DNA of 64,000 bases, from the IMG/VR virus record IMGVR_UViG_3300014203_000017; one strand, 5' to 3'. Below the pieces are notes generated by a model, which was not told where the DNA came from, made no database searches, and worked only from the letters and a program-made list of their open reading frames with translations. This document shows, one piece after another, positions 8,371 to 17,295 of the stretch. Position numbers and translations under genes: made by a program. This DNA is from a virus. Position 1 is the stretch's first letter; every line of letters begins with the position of its first letter.

Positions 8371-8500
8371 ATAAAATAAATAGACTATTAAATTATTTGT
8401 ACATCGATGATTTTCAGACATACGTTTAATTTAATAGTTTTTTATTGCGAAAAAATAGTTACAAAACTTCAAAGCAGAATCTCAGGGTTCTGCTTTTTTT
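8371..8500 (+). ncRNA. Candidate stand-alone small RNA (~130 nt)
   Basis: Own promoter; ~20-bp stem 8375-8395 / 8427-8446 with one bulge; A-rich linker; terminator; no RBS-led ORF. Confidence 0.55.
8471..8500 (+). terminator. Intrinsic terminator
   Basis: AAAGCAGAATC-TCAG-GGTTCTGCTTT followed by T run. Confidence 0.9.
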
Positions 8501-8510
8501 AATTGAAAAC

Positions 8511-8539
8511 TTGATTTTACTCTAAAAATATGCTATACT
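8511..8539 (+). promoter_or_regulatory. SigmaA-type promoter for the nrd operon
   Basis: TTGATT, 17 bp, TG-C-TATACT. Confidence 0.85.
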
Positions 8540-8563
8540 ATAAGAGTATAATGGAGGAAAAAG

Positions 8564-8785
8564 ATGAGAGAACAAATTGTGTTCTACACTACTAATTGTA
8601 GTAGATGTAAAATATTAAAAAAGAAGTTAGATGATAAACATGTACCATATAAAAAGGTACAAGGCGAAGATGCCGTAAAAGCTATAACAGAAGCTGGGCA
8701 AAATTCCGCGCCAATGCTGAAAGTGAATGGAGAAAACAAAGATTTTGGGGAAGCAATAAAGTGGGTGAATAAATTATGCAGATAG
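8564..8785 (+). CDS. nrdH: Glutaredoxin-like NrdH redoxin
   Basis: YTTNCSRC CxxC, SAPML cis-Pro motif, 73 aa, overlaps nrdD start; GGAGG RBS. Confidence 0.85.
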   Translation: MREQIVFYTTNCSRCKILKKKLDDKHVPYKKVQGEDAVKAITEAGQNSAPMLKVNGENKDFGEAIKWVNKLCR

Positions 8786-10713
8786 ATTTTAAATTAGATA
8801 AAGATTTTGCGGCACATTTTAAAAGACTGTGCGAAGATTATGGCGACAACATAAGAATGTTAAATGGTTTTAGCAAAGAACAACTAAATTATACTACTTT
8901 TATTGATAATTTTATTGATAAGAATACAGTAGCTGATGCTAGTATTGATGGTAGTTCAAATGTAAACCATAAAGATATAGTAAGTTTGGAAAACGAAATG
9001 AGTAAACCTCATAGTAAATTACTTGCTTTTAATAAAATTTTTTATGAATTAAAGAAAAAGAACGGTTTAAAAGTTGCTCAAGAGTGGCTTGAAAGAGAAT
9101 GGATTGGCGAGTATTATTTGCACGATGCTTATAGTTCTACTTTTAAACCATATTGCTATGCTTATGATTTAGATAGGCTCGCAAAAGAAGGACTTTTCTT
9201 TATCAAAGATTTCAACTCTAAGCCGCCCAAACATTTAACAACTTTTGTTGATTTTGTAGGCGAATTTGTAAGTTGGAATTGTAATAGAACAAGTGGCGCC
9301 GTGGGGTTGCCAAGCTATCTTGTATATGCCTATTATTTTTGGCGCGAAGATGTTAAAAATGGTTATTATGTAAAAACTCCTGAATACTATCGTGATCAAA
9401 GTTTCCAAGAGTTCATTTATAAATTAAATCAACCTTTCTTGAGGGGAGGTATTCAAAGTGCTTTCTCGAATATCTCAATATTTGATGAGTCTTATTATGA
9501 GGCAATGTTCGGAGATAAAACATTTCCAGACGGCTCTTTGATGATAGACTCAGAGTATCAATTTATGGAATTTCAAAAGGCATTTTTGAAAGTTGTGTCT
9601 AAAATAAGAAGTCAAAATATGATGACATTCCCTGTTTTAACTATTAGTCTACTGAAAAAAGATGGTAAATTTATTAATGAAGATTTTGCGAAATGGGCTT
9701 GTAAACACAATATGAAATGGAATGATAGTAATTTCTTTATAAGTGAAGATGTTACAAGTCTTAGTAATTGCTGCCGTTTAGTAAGTAATATTAAAGACTT
9801 AGGTTATTTCAATTCTATTGGTGGCACAGCTTTAGAGGTTGGTTCGGTAAAAGTTAATACAATTAATTTAGCTAGAATTGCATATGAAACTAATTCTATT
9901 GAAGAATACTTGTATATATTGAAAGAGCGTGTTAATCTCGACCTATTGGTTCTTGACCGCATTAGAAATATTATGCGTAGAAATGTCGAAAAAGGTCTAT
10001 TACCAAATTATCAAGAGGGGTTGATAAATATGGAACATCAATACAATACTATTGGTATAATTGGTATTTATGAAGCTTTACAAAAATTTGGTTTAGTACA
10101 AAAAGATCAATTCGGTAATGTAAGCTATACACCCGAAGGTATGAAATTTGCGAAACAAATTTTGTCGACAATCAATGAAACCAAACAAGAATTTGCGAAA
10201 AAATATAAAATAGACTACAAGATAAATGTTGAACAAGTGCCAGCTGAGCGTGCTGCATCAATATTGGCGGAAAAAGATAAAATTTTCTTCCCTGATGAAG
10301 AATATGAACTGCCAATGTACGGAAATCAATGGATACCGTTGGCTGTTAAAACAACTTTACAAGAGAAAATCAATTTAAGTGCTGAATTAGACAAAGCTTG
10401 TAATGGTGGTTCTATTGCTCACATTAATTTAGATGCGCCGTTACATGATTTTAATACTGCTTGGAAACTGCTTAATGTTGTTTCAGATGCCGGTGTTACT
10501 TACTTTGCATTTAATGTAAGAATAAATGCTTGCGAAAATAACCATGGTTTCTACGGCGATGTATGTCCTTATTGTCACAAGCCTGCCGTAACTAGTTATC
10601 AACGTATTGTTGGGTTCTTGACACCAACCAGGTCTTACAGCAAAGAGCGCAAAGCCGAGGTAAGCATGCGAGATTGGATGGACATAGAAGGTAGAGGGGG
10701 ACTAGGTAATTAA
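8776..10713 (+). CDS. nrdD: Class III anaerobic ribonucleotide reductase (no ATP cone)
   Basis: YYLHDAY, LSNCCRL, EQVPAE, CENNH..CPYC Zn site, glycyl-radical loop QRIVGFL. Confidence 0.93.
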   Translation: MQIDFKLDKDFAAHFKRLCEDYGDNIRMLNGFSKEQLNYTTFIDNFIDKNTVADASIDGSSNVNHKDIVSLENEMSKPHSKLLAFNKIFYELKKKNGLKVAQEWLEREWIGEYYLHDAYSSTFKPYCYAYDLDRLAKEGLFFIKDFNSKPPKHLTTFVDFVGEFVSWNCNRTSGAVGLPSYLVYAYYFWREDVKNGYYVKTPEYYRDQSFQEFIYKLNQPFLRGGIQSAFSNISIFDESYYEAMFGDKTFPDGSLMIDSEYQFMEFQKAFLKVVSKIRSQNMMTFPVLTISLLKKDGKFINEDFAKWACKHNMKWNDSNFFISEDVTSLSNCCRLVSNIKDLGYFNSIGGTALEVGSVKVNTINLARIAYETNSIEEYLYILKERVNLDLLVLDRIRNIMRRNVEKGLLPNYQEGLINMEHQYNTIGIIGIYEALQKFGLVQKDQFGNVSYTPEGMKFAKQILSTINETKQEFAKKYKIDYKINVEQVPAERAASILAEKDKIFFPDEEYELPMYGNQWIPLAVKTTLQEKINLSAELDKACNGGSIAHINLDAPLHDFNTAWKLLNVVSDAGVTYFAFNVRINACENNHGFYGDVCPYCHKPAVTSYQRIVGFLTPTRSYSKERKAEVSMRDWMDIEGRGGLGN

Positions 10714-11201
10714 TGCACGTTAAGTTTATTAATGACGAAGATTTCCTACAATATAAAACGGGGTGCTTATTTATAGGCGCCCCGACTTGCACTTGGAAAT
10801 GTTGTGATGAGTGCGGTGCGCCACATTCAATGTGTCAAAACTATTCTTGGTCAAAAGAAAAGGTTAAAGAAATAAGTAATGAAGATATTTATAAGCGTTT
10901 TAGTACAAATAAATTAACTGACGGTATTGTTTTCGGCGGTTTAGAACCTATGGATAATTTCTTCGAAATAATTGCTTTTATTTCTTATGTACGAAAAACT
11001 GCAAAAGATAATTGTCCTATTATAATTTATACAGGTTATTGTGAAAATGAAATTACTGACAAGATTAATGTGCTGAAAAGTTTGACAACAAATATAATTA
11101 TGAAGTTTGGACGTTATAAACCAGGTTTTGAACCTCATTATGATGAAGTTCTTGGTGTCGAACTTGCTAGTCCTAATCAATATGGCGCAAAAATTTGCTA
11201 A
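10713..11201 (+). CDS. nrdG: Anaerobic RNR activase (radical SAM)
   Basis: CTWKCCDEC Cys cluster, GIVFGGLEPM, IIIYTGY, KFGRYKP, LASPNQ; follows nrdD. Confidence 0.92.
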   Translation: MHVKFINDEDFLQYKTGCLFIGAPTCTWKCCDECGAPHSMCQNYSWSKEKVKEISNEDIYKRFSTNKLTDGIVFGGLEPMDNFFEIIAFISYVRKTAKDNCPIIIYTGYCENEITDKINVLKSLTTNIIMKFGRYKPGFEPHYDEVLGVELASPNQYGAKIC

Positions 11202-11223
11202 AAACAAAGAATTATGATATACT
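11195..11223 (+). promoter_or_regulatory. SigmaA-type promoter
   Basis: TTGCTA, 17 bp, TG-A-TATACT. Confidence 0.75.
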
Positions 11224-11246
11224 AGTATTATAAAATAGGAGAAAAA

Positions 11247-11792
11247 ATGGTAGTTTATTTAGAAGGAATAAAAACAAAATATGTGTTGGTATTTGATATT
11301 GAATATGACGGGGAAAGAATTATTCAATTTGCTGGCATATTATTAAAAAGAGTGTCGAAAAAATTACCTTTATATCAAATTTCTTCTAATATCAATATAT
11401 ATATTAAAAAATATAGAATTTCTAATAAAATACAAAGCTTGACTAATTTATCAACAGAATATGTTAATGAACAAGGTATTACAATGAAAGAGTTTAAAGC
11501 AAAATTAAATACTTTTATTGGTAGTATTGAACCAAATGATTTGGCGTGTGTTAGTTATGGAGTTCTTGGTGATGTGGCGATATTACAAAAGAATGGTATT
11601 GATTTTAATAAGTATGAACTTTGGTGCGCATATCAAATGGCTAAAGATATAATTTGCCGCAAAAACAATATGACTCTTGGAGATGTCGCAAAAGAAGCGG
11701 GTTTTGCTTATATGCCCATGCACAATGCTTATTTCGATACTTTAGCTACTTTGTGGACATTTAGCTATTTATTAAAATTAGATGAAGAATAA
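11247..11792 (+). CDS. DEDDh 3'-5' exonuclease (DnaQ-like, copy 1)
   Basis: ExoI FDIE, ExoII SYGVLGD, ExoIII HNAYFD. Confidence 0.8.
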   Translation: MVVYLEGIKTKYVLVFDIEYDGERIIQFAGILLKRVSKKLPLYQISSNINIYIKKYRISNKIQSLTNLSTEYVNEQGITMKEFKAKLNTFIGSIEPNDLACVSYGVLGDVAILQKNGIDFNKYELWCAYQMAKDIICRKNNMTLGDVAKEAGFAYMPMHNAYFDTLATLWTFSYLLKLDEE

Positions 11793-11804
11793 AGGAGAAA
11801 ATAA

Positions 11805-12278
11805 ATGAGAGTTTTGAATTTTGAAGAAAAAAATAGGACTAAAATTGAAGAAGTTGTTGAAAGTAATCTTGTAAGAATAGATGTAGTTTTTAACACAAAT
11901 GCTTTAGATATGCCAATAGGTAGACTAATAAACCATATACAAAAAAATGTTGAAGAAATGATGCAGCCAGAGATTGTTAAAAAAATTGGCGAACAAGGAT
12001 TATATTTCGTAATTCGTCTTGATGGGAAATATGACAACAAAGACATAGAAGAGGTCGAAGATTTGTTTAACATTATTTTAGCGCCCTATTTAGTAGATAA
12101 GAATAAAAAGAGAAGTGGTAGTGTTGCACCATTACCAAATGATGAAATTATAAAAAGAGCTAGATTTAAGTTAGGTTTTTTAAGTACTTTAACTCATTAC
12201 GAACCTTTAGCTCCATGTTATAACTTACATATAATAGATAATATTACCAATAAATTAATAATGAAAACAATAAAATAG
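11805..12278 (+). CDS. Hypothetical protein (157 aa)
   Basis: AGGAG RBS, tight operon packing. Confidence 0.85.
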   Translation: MRVLNFEEKNRTKIEEVVESNLVRIDVVFNTNALDMPIGRLINHIQKNVEEMMQPEIVKKIGEQGLYFVIRLDGKYDNKDIEEVEDLFNIILAPYLVDKNKKRSGSVAPLPNDEIIKRARFKLGFLSTLTHYEPLAPCYNLHIIDNITNKLIMKTIK

Positions 12279-12287
12279 GAGATAAAT

Positions 12288-12803
12288 ATGAATTATAAAA
12301 TAGATTTCTATACTGATGGCTCTTGCTCAACAGCCATAAAGAGGGGCGGTTGGGGCTGTATCACAGTTAAGTACAATCCGAATGATGTCGAAAATGTAGA
12401 ATGTTTGTATGGTTGTGCTTCCGATACAACAAACAACAGAATGGAATTACAAGGTTTTTTGACTGCTTTAACAATAATACAAGATATTGCAAATAATTTT
12501 AAAAAAGAAGATAATTATACAATTAATATTTATAGTGATAGTGCTTATATTGTTAATTGTTTTAAAGATAAGTGGTATAAAAAATGGCTTGTTAATGGTT
12601 GGAAATCAGCGAATAGAGTTGCAATAAAAAACAAAGAGTTGTGGAAACCTATTATAATTGCATATAACAAGATAATAAAAAATGAAAATATTGTTCTTGA
12701 AATTAAAAAAGTAAAAGGACATGGAACCAACAAATACAATAATTTGGCGGATACATATGCTAACAAATGGAGAGAAGAAGATGAAAATAATGATAGTAAG
12801 TAA
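12288..12803 (+). CDS. rnhA: Ribonuclease HI
   Basis: YTDGSCS, TTNNRMEL, YSDSAY, KNKELW, KVKGH, NNLADTYA. Confidence 0.95.
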   Translation: MNYKIDFYTDGSCSTAIKRGGWGCITVKYNPNDVENVECLYGCASDTTNNRMELQGFLTALTIIQDIANNFKKEDNYTINIYSDSAYIVNCFKDKWYKKWLVNGWKSANRVAIKNKELWKPIIIAYNKIIKNENIVLEIKKVKGHGTNKYNNLADTYANKWREEDENNDSK

Positions 12804-13248
12804 TTTAAGCCCAATTTCTATAAAAGAATTGGGTGCAAATCTTTTAGAAGATTTTCCTTTTCCTGATTTGCCACTTAGCGCCCAATTTGACTCTATTGCG
12901 TTGGAACCAAAAGGAATAACCTATTTTCAATCATTTTATTATTTTATAAAAACAATTAGTAACAAAATTGCAAATGATAGTTTGGGAGTAAGTGGTATAA
13001 GAAATTTAATTTGTTATGGCACACTAGATATAAAATGCCGAAAAAACTTTGATTTGGTACTTGGTTTACGTGACAATGATACTGAAGACTATACAGATTT
13101 TAGTAAAAGCGACAATCCCACAAATATAAGAACAATAGATTATAGCGATTGCGATTATGTTTATGATAATTATCGTGAGTTAAAATTGTTTTTGAGAAAG
13201 TACTTTGCTTTTAAAGAAAAGGAGTACAAAAATGGAAATACAATATAA
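12781..13248 (+). CDS. Hypothetical protein (~155 aa)
   Basis: Start moved to ATG 12781 after GGAG-containing RBS; overlaps neighbours in operon fashion. Confidence 0.75.
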   Translation: MKIMIVSNLSPISIKELGANLLEDFPFPDLPLSAQFDSIALEPKGITYFQSFYYFIKTISNKIANDSLGVSGIRNLICYGTLDIKCRKNFDLVLGLRDNDTEDYTDFSKSDNPTNIRTIDYSDCDYVYDNYRELKLFLRKYFAFKEKEYKNGNTI

Positions 13249-14479
13249 TGCTTTGCAACTTGAAGCAATTCATAGTAATTCAGATAAAATTTTAGTAACT
13301 GCTTGCCCAGGTGCTGGAAAGAGTACTTCATTGGTCGGCGCCATTTCTTATTACTTAACAGAACACCCAAAAGCAAATGTAATAGCTATTACTTTTACTC
13401 GTAAGGCGGCTGATGATTTAAGTGATAAACTTAGTGCTTATCCAACAGTAACCCCTTCAACAATTCATAGTTGGAGTTTAAGACAGTTGCGCGAATTAGC
13501 TTTTGAACATCATTTTATTGTACGACTTTTACAAGAGGAAGAAATAAAAGAGATTTTGCGGCACCTTTGTAAAAAAGTAGGTTTTTACAACATACAAGAG
13601 TTCTGGTTATATCTTTATGTTACAGGTAACTATAATATGGATATTAGTGAAGTTAACAAAAGAAGATATGAAAGAATAGCCAGAGAATATATACAATACA
13701 AGAGAGATAATAGTTTGTATGATTTTATGGACTTACCTTTATATTTGTATGATAAGTTGGAAGAATATGGTGTGAATATTGAGGGCGTAGACGGTTTATT
13801 TGTTGACGAGTTTCAAGATGTTGATCCCGTACAAGCTCAAGTATTTAATAGAGTTGCCGCAAAAAAGAAGTTCTTTATTGGCGATGAGAGACAGGCTATC
13901 TATAAATTTAGGGGCGCCGATAGTAGCGTTCTTAACGACCTTGATGGTTTTGACTCATATACTTTAAATATAAATTATAGAAGTGGGCAAGATATTTTAG
14001 ACTTTGCTTCAACACTTTATAATACAGTTCCTTCTAAAATTTCTGATATTACAGATATAACTGACTATGGAGAGGACCGCATTATTGGTTCTCGTAATAT
14101 TAGCGGACGAGTTATAGTTTGCGGCGAGAATGGTATTGCAAATGATTTAACTTATGGAGATGTTAATAGTGCTTACACTTTTCTTATAGGTTATATTTAT
14201 AAAAACAACCCCTATATTTTATGTCGTTCTAACAAAATTGTTAAGGCAATTAAGAAATTAGGGTATTCTAATGTTTCAACAATTCATCAAGCAAAAGGTT
14301 TGGAATATAAAGACGTTTTAGTTGTTGATTTTGATATAGACCCAGACAATGAAGAGGAACTTAATATTGCTTTTGTTGCTTGCACTAGGGCGAAAGACTC
14401 TTTAGTTATAGCAAACTATGAGGTGCTTGAAAGAGTGTTAAAGGGTAAAGTTTTACAAAATAATTTTAGACCATTTTAA
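13232..14479 (+). CDS. Compact UvrD/Rep-like SF1A helicase
   Basis: ACPGAGKS, AITFTRKAA, VDEFQD, IGDERQAIYKFRGA, NYRS, STIHQAKGLE, FVACTRAK; start at AAGGAG-led ATG 13232. Confidence 0.92.
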   Translation: MEIQYNALQLEAIHSNSDKILVTACPGAGKSTSLVGAISYYLTEHPKANVIAITFTRKAADDLSDKLSAYPTVTPSTIHSWSLRQLRELAFEHHFIVRLLQEEEIKEILRHLCKKVGFYNIQEFWLYLYVTGNYNMDISEVNKRRYERIAREYIQYKRDNSLYDFMDLPLYLYDKLEEYGVNIEGVDGLFVDEFQDVDPVQAQVFNRVAAKKKFFIGDERQAIYKFRGADSSVLNDLDGFDSYTLNINYRSGQDILDFASTLYNTVPSKISDITDITDYGEDRIIGSRNISGRVIVCGENGIANDLTYGDVNSAYTFLIGYIYKNNPYILCRSNKIVKAIKKLGYSNVSTIHQAKGLEYKDVLVVDFDIDPDNEEELNIAFVACTRAKDSLVIANYEVLERVLKGKVLQNNFRPF

Positions 14480-14493
14480 TTTAGGGCTATTAT

Positions 14494-14522
14494 TTGTGTT
14501 TTATCTTATTTTTTGCTATAAT
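14494..14522 (+). promoter_or_regulatory. SigmaA-type promoter
   Basis: TTGTGT, 17 bp, TG-C-TATAAT. Confidence 0.8.
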
Positions 14523-14556
14523 ATAGTTGTAAAAAAAATAAAGGAGATAAAAAAAT

Positions 14557-14910
14557 ATGAATACTCAATATTTTAGTAAAGAGATGGTGGAAAGAGGCGA
14601 ACTAGAAGAATTAGTTAGGTTTCTAAATAAACAAGCTTATAGCGGACAAGAGGACGGTAAATTATTCAACGATATACATATAGTACCCGATGATTGTGGT
14701 GCTTTCTTGGTAGAATGGGAACAAGTACCTTTTGATAGGTCTTATGGTGGCAGTTTCAAGTTTGTGGAAACCGATGAGGGTGAAATTGTCGCTCTTGAAA
14801 AAAAGATGCCTTATGGCGAATATAGACTATTTTATAATAAAGAACAATATGAAGAAGCTCTTCAAGAGTACAATGCAAAGAAAGAAAGCGAGAATGTTAA
14901 AGATGAGTAA
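14557..14910 (+). CDS. Hypothetical acidic protein (117 aa)
   Basis: AAGGAG RBS, first gene after promoter. Confidence 0.85.
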   Translation: MNTQYFSKEMVERGELEELVRFLNKQAYSGQEDGKLFNDIHIVPDDCGAFLVEWEQVPFDRSYGGSFKFVETDEGEIVALEKKMPYGEYRLFYNKEQYEEALQEYNAKKESENVKDE

Positions 14911-15919
14911 AGTACAAAAATTTTTTGAAATGGAACCAATGAAATACTATGATAGAGCTGAAAAAGGATTGTCAGACAATTTAAAAGCTAAAAGAAATGC
15001 TTTGATTGAAAATAAAGACAACGCTTTTATTGCGACTCAAAAATGGGACGGATATTGGGGAATGTTTATAAAAGGCGAAACAAATGATGATATCTTTATC
15101 AGAGGTCGCTCTTTAAATGTACGTCATGAGTATGAAAACTATGCGCTGAAGTTGCCTCATCTTGCCGAAGAGATGAAGGGGTGGCCGAGCAACACTGTTG
15201 TTCTTGCCGAGATGTGTTGGTCCGAAATGGGGCGCATAGCAACTGATGTCGGCACTGTATTAAGGTGTCTACCTAAACAAGCTATTTTACGACAATCAAA
15301 AGAAAAAATTATTGGTAGTATTTTCGATGTACTTATGTATAATGGTACTGATATTAGTGCGGAAGGATACGAGAAAAGAATTTATTTTGCTCAAAAAACT
15401 TTTGCTGATAGTAAATATTTTCAAGTTACTGAAATTTACACCAACGATTTTGCGGCACATGCAGATGACATCATAGCTCGTAAAGGCGAAGGAATTGTAA
15501 TTCAACGTAAAGACAATCCATATTTTATGGGTAAACGTCCAGCATGGAAAACATTGAAATTAAAGCAAAAATTTCCTGAAATAGAATTGCCTGTTGTTAA
15601 AGTATTAGAACCCAAGCAATTTAGTGATGGTGATACTGATGGTTCTGCCTGGCTTTATAAAGATGCTGACGGTAATAAATTAACAAAAGCTTTTGCAAAT
15701 GGTTGGAAAGTTGGCGTTGTTGTAGATTTTAATGGCGTTGAAGTCGGTGTTACTTCTGGTGTAAACGACGATGAAAAAGAATGGTTAGCCACACAAGAGG
15801 CTTCTGATTATATTCGTGAAGGACGATTGTATGCTGTTGTTAAAGCGATGCAAATCAATACATTAGGTAGTTTAAGACACCCTGTGCTTGTTAGATTGCG
15901 CACAGATTTAGATAAATAA
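14903..15919 (+). CDS. ATP-dependent DNA ligase
   Basis: Motif I KWDG, LAEMC, FDVL, EGIVI, TLKLK, SLRHPV OB fold; start placed at ATG 14903 overlapping the upstream stop. Confidence 0.9.
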   Translation: MSKVQKFFEMEPMKYYDRAEKGLSDNLKAKRNALIENKDNAFIATQKWDGYWGMFIKGETNDDIFIRGRSLNVRHEYENYALKLPHLAEEMKGWPSNTVVLAEMCWSEMGRIATDVGTVLRCLPKQAILRQSKEKIIGSIFDVLMYNGTDISAEGYEKRIYFAQKTFADSKYFQVTEIYTNDFAAHADDIIARKGEGIVIQRKDNPYFMGKRPAWKTLKLKQKFPEIELPVVKVLEPKQFSDGDTDGSAWLYKDADGNKLTKAFANGWKVGVVVDFNGVEVGVTSGVNDDEKEWLATQEASDYIREGRLYAVVKAMQINTLGSLRHPVLVRLRTDLDK

Positions 15920-15922
15920 AAT

Positions 15923-15951
15923 TTGATTTTCAACTATTTTTTAGTTATAAT
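15923..15951 (+). promoter_or_regulatory. SigmaA-type promoter
   Basis: TTGATT, 17 bp, TATAAT followed by ATATATATAGAAAG. Confidence 0.8.
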
Positions 15952-15976
15952 ATATATATAGAAAGAAAAAAGATAA

Positions 15977-16681
15977 ATGAGTGAATATAATAAACCAGAA
16001 CAACAATTAGAATTAAGAAATATCGTGAAAAAAGTTGATATAAATCTTGGTAAAAAAATTGTTCTAGTGGGTTCAGATAACATGAGCGATAGAACAAATA
16101 ATTTTATCAATTCAACTTTTTACGCTTTTTATGTTCCTAATTTTGTGGAATTAACTTTACCTGTTTCAAAAAGTAGAATGCTTGATTTTGAATATGGTAC
16201 ACTTATTTTATCAGATTTAAGATTATTAAAATCTATGTTGTTAGATATTGAAAATATAACAGCGTTTTTTATACTCGATGATAAAGAAAAGATTAATTTT
16301 GTATCTAGTTATTTGTCTGTACAATTAGGTAGTTTCTTAAAAAATTATAGAGGCTATATTTTAAACTCTATGCAAAACAAGATAACCAATAGTAATGATA
16401 AGAATATTAGTGTTTCAAAAATAGCGCTATTGGAATTATATAACAATATATTGTACGAAGTTTATAAAAGACATAAAGATTTAGATGTTGCAATAACTAG
16501 TACTAAATTAAATTACGATACCATAAAACGTATAAAAAAACTTAGTGAGAGTGAACAAAAGCAAATGTTACTTAACTATAAAAAATATCGTGATGAGAAA
16601 GAAGATTTCAATAATTTTGATTTTGATAGACAAATTGGTAAAATTATCGTTGCTAGTTTAAGTAAAAGGAGAATATTATAG
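15977..16681 (+). CDS. Hypothetical protein (234 aa)
   Basis: Long ORF after promoter, stop overlaps next GTG start. Confidence 0.8.
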   Translation: MSEYNKPEQQLELRNIVKKVDINLGKKIVLVGSDNMSDRTNNFINSTFYAFYVPNFVELTLPVSKSRMLDFEYGTLILSDLRLLKSMLLDIENITAFFILDDKEKINFVSSYLSVQLGSFLKNYRGYILNSMQNKITNSNDKNISVSKIALLELYNNILYEVYKRHKDLDVAITSTKLNYDTIKRIKKLSESEQKQMLLNYKKYRDEKEDFNNFDFDRQIGKIIVASLSKRRIL

Positions 16682-17295
16682 TGAAACTATTGCGAAAATC
16701 ACAACTATTACAATTAGTTGAAAAAGAACCTTTGAATAAACTATTAAGAGAACCGATAATTGATTATGCTAGGACAATAGATAGTAAGCAAAAAGAATAT
16801 TACAATGCACTTTATTTTGTTAAAAATTTGAAAGATGAAGATTATTGCGGTATTGGTTTAAATGAAAAAGCAAATTTTTATTTATATGATTTTAAAACAA
16901 ATACTTACTATTGGTTTGTTACAGCAAGCGATGCAATAAAATATGCTAATTCTTTTGTAAAAAATGGGTTACCATTTAATGCAGATGCGTTTTTAAAAGA
17001 AAGGGCGTTTGTCGATTTGTTTAATACAAATAATATGAATAAGTTTCAAGGGTTTTATTTAGTAAAATCTCATAGTATTGAAATTTTTTCCGTTGATGTG
17101 ATAAAAGATATAAAAGAAGGGAAAAAGGTTCGTTGTATTGAAAAAAATATTATTTTTACAAGTGTACAAGATGCGGCTGATTGGCTTGTCAGCATAGGCA
17201 AAGCTAAAAATAAAATAACGGCGATAAGAAGTTTAGAAAGGAATATAAGCGGTAACTCGATAAAAAGTTATGGCATGAAATGGGAAAGAATATAA
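16681..17295 (+). CDS. Protein with two NUMOD1/IENR1-like DNA-binding repeats, no nuclease motif seen
   Basis: FYLYDFKTNTYYWFVTASDAIKY and KKVRCIEKNIIFTSVQDAADWL...SYGMKWERI. Confidence 0.55.
   Translation: MKLLRKSQLLQLVEKEPLNKLLREPIIDYARTIDSKQKEYYNALYFVKNLKDEDYCGIGLNEKANFYLYDFKTNTYYWFVTASDAIKYANSFVKNGLPFNADAFLKERAFVDLFNTNNMNKFQGFYLVKSHSIEIFSVDVIKDIKEGKKVRCIEKNIIFTSVQDAADWLVSIGKAKNKITAIRSLERNISGNSIKSYGMKWERI

Noticed and set aside
8407-8502. 31-aa ORF within the candidate sRNA
   Set aside because: No RBS, lies partly within the stem and runs through the terminator
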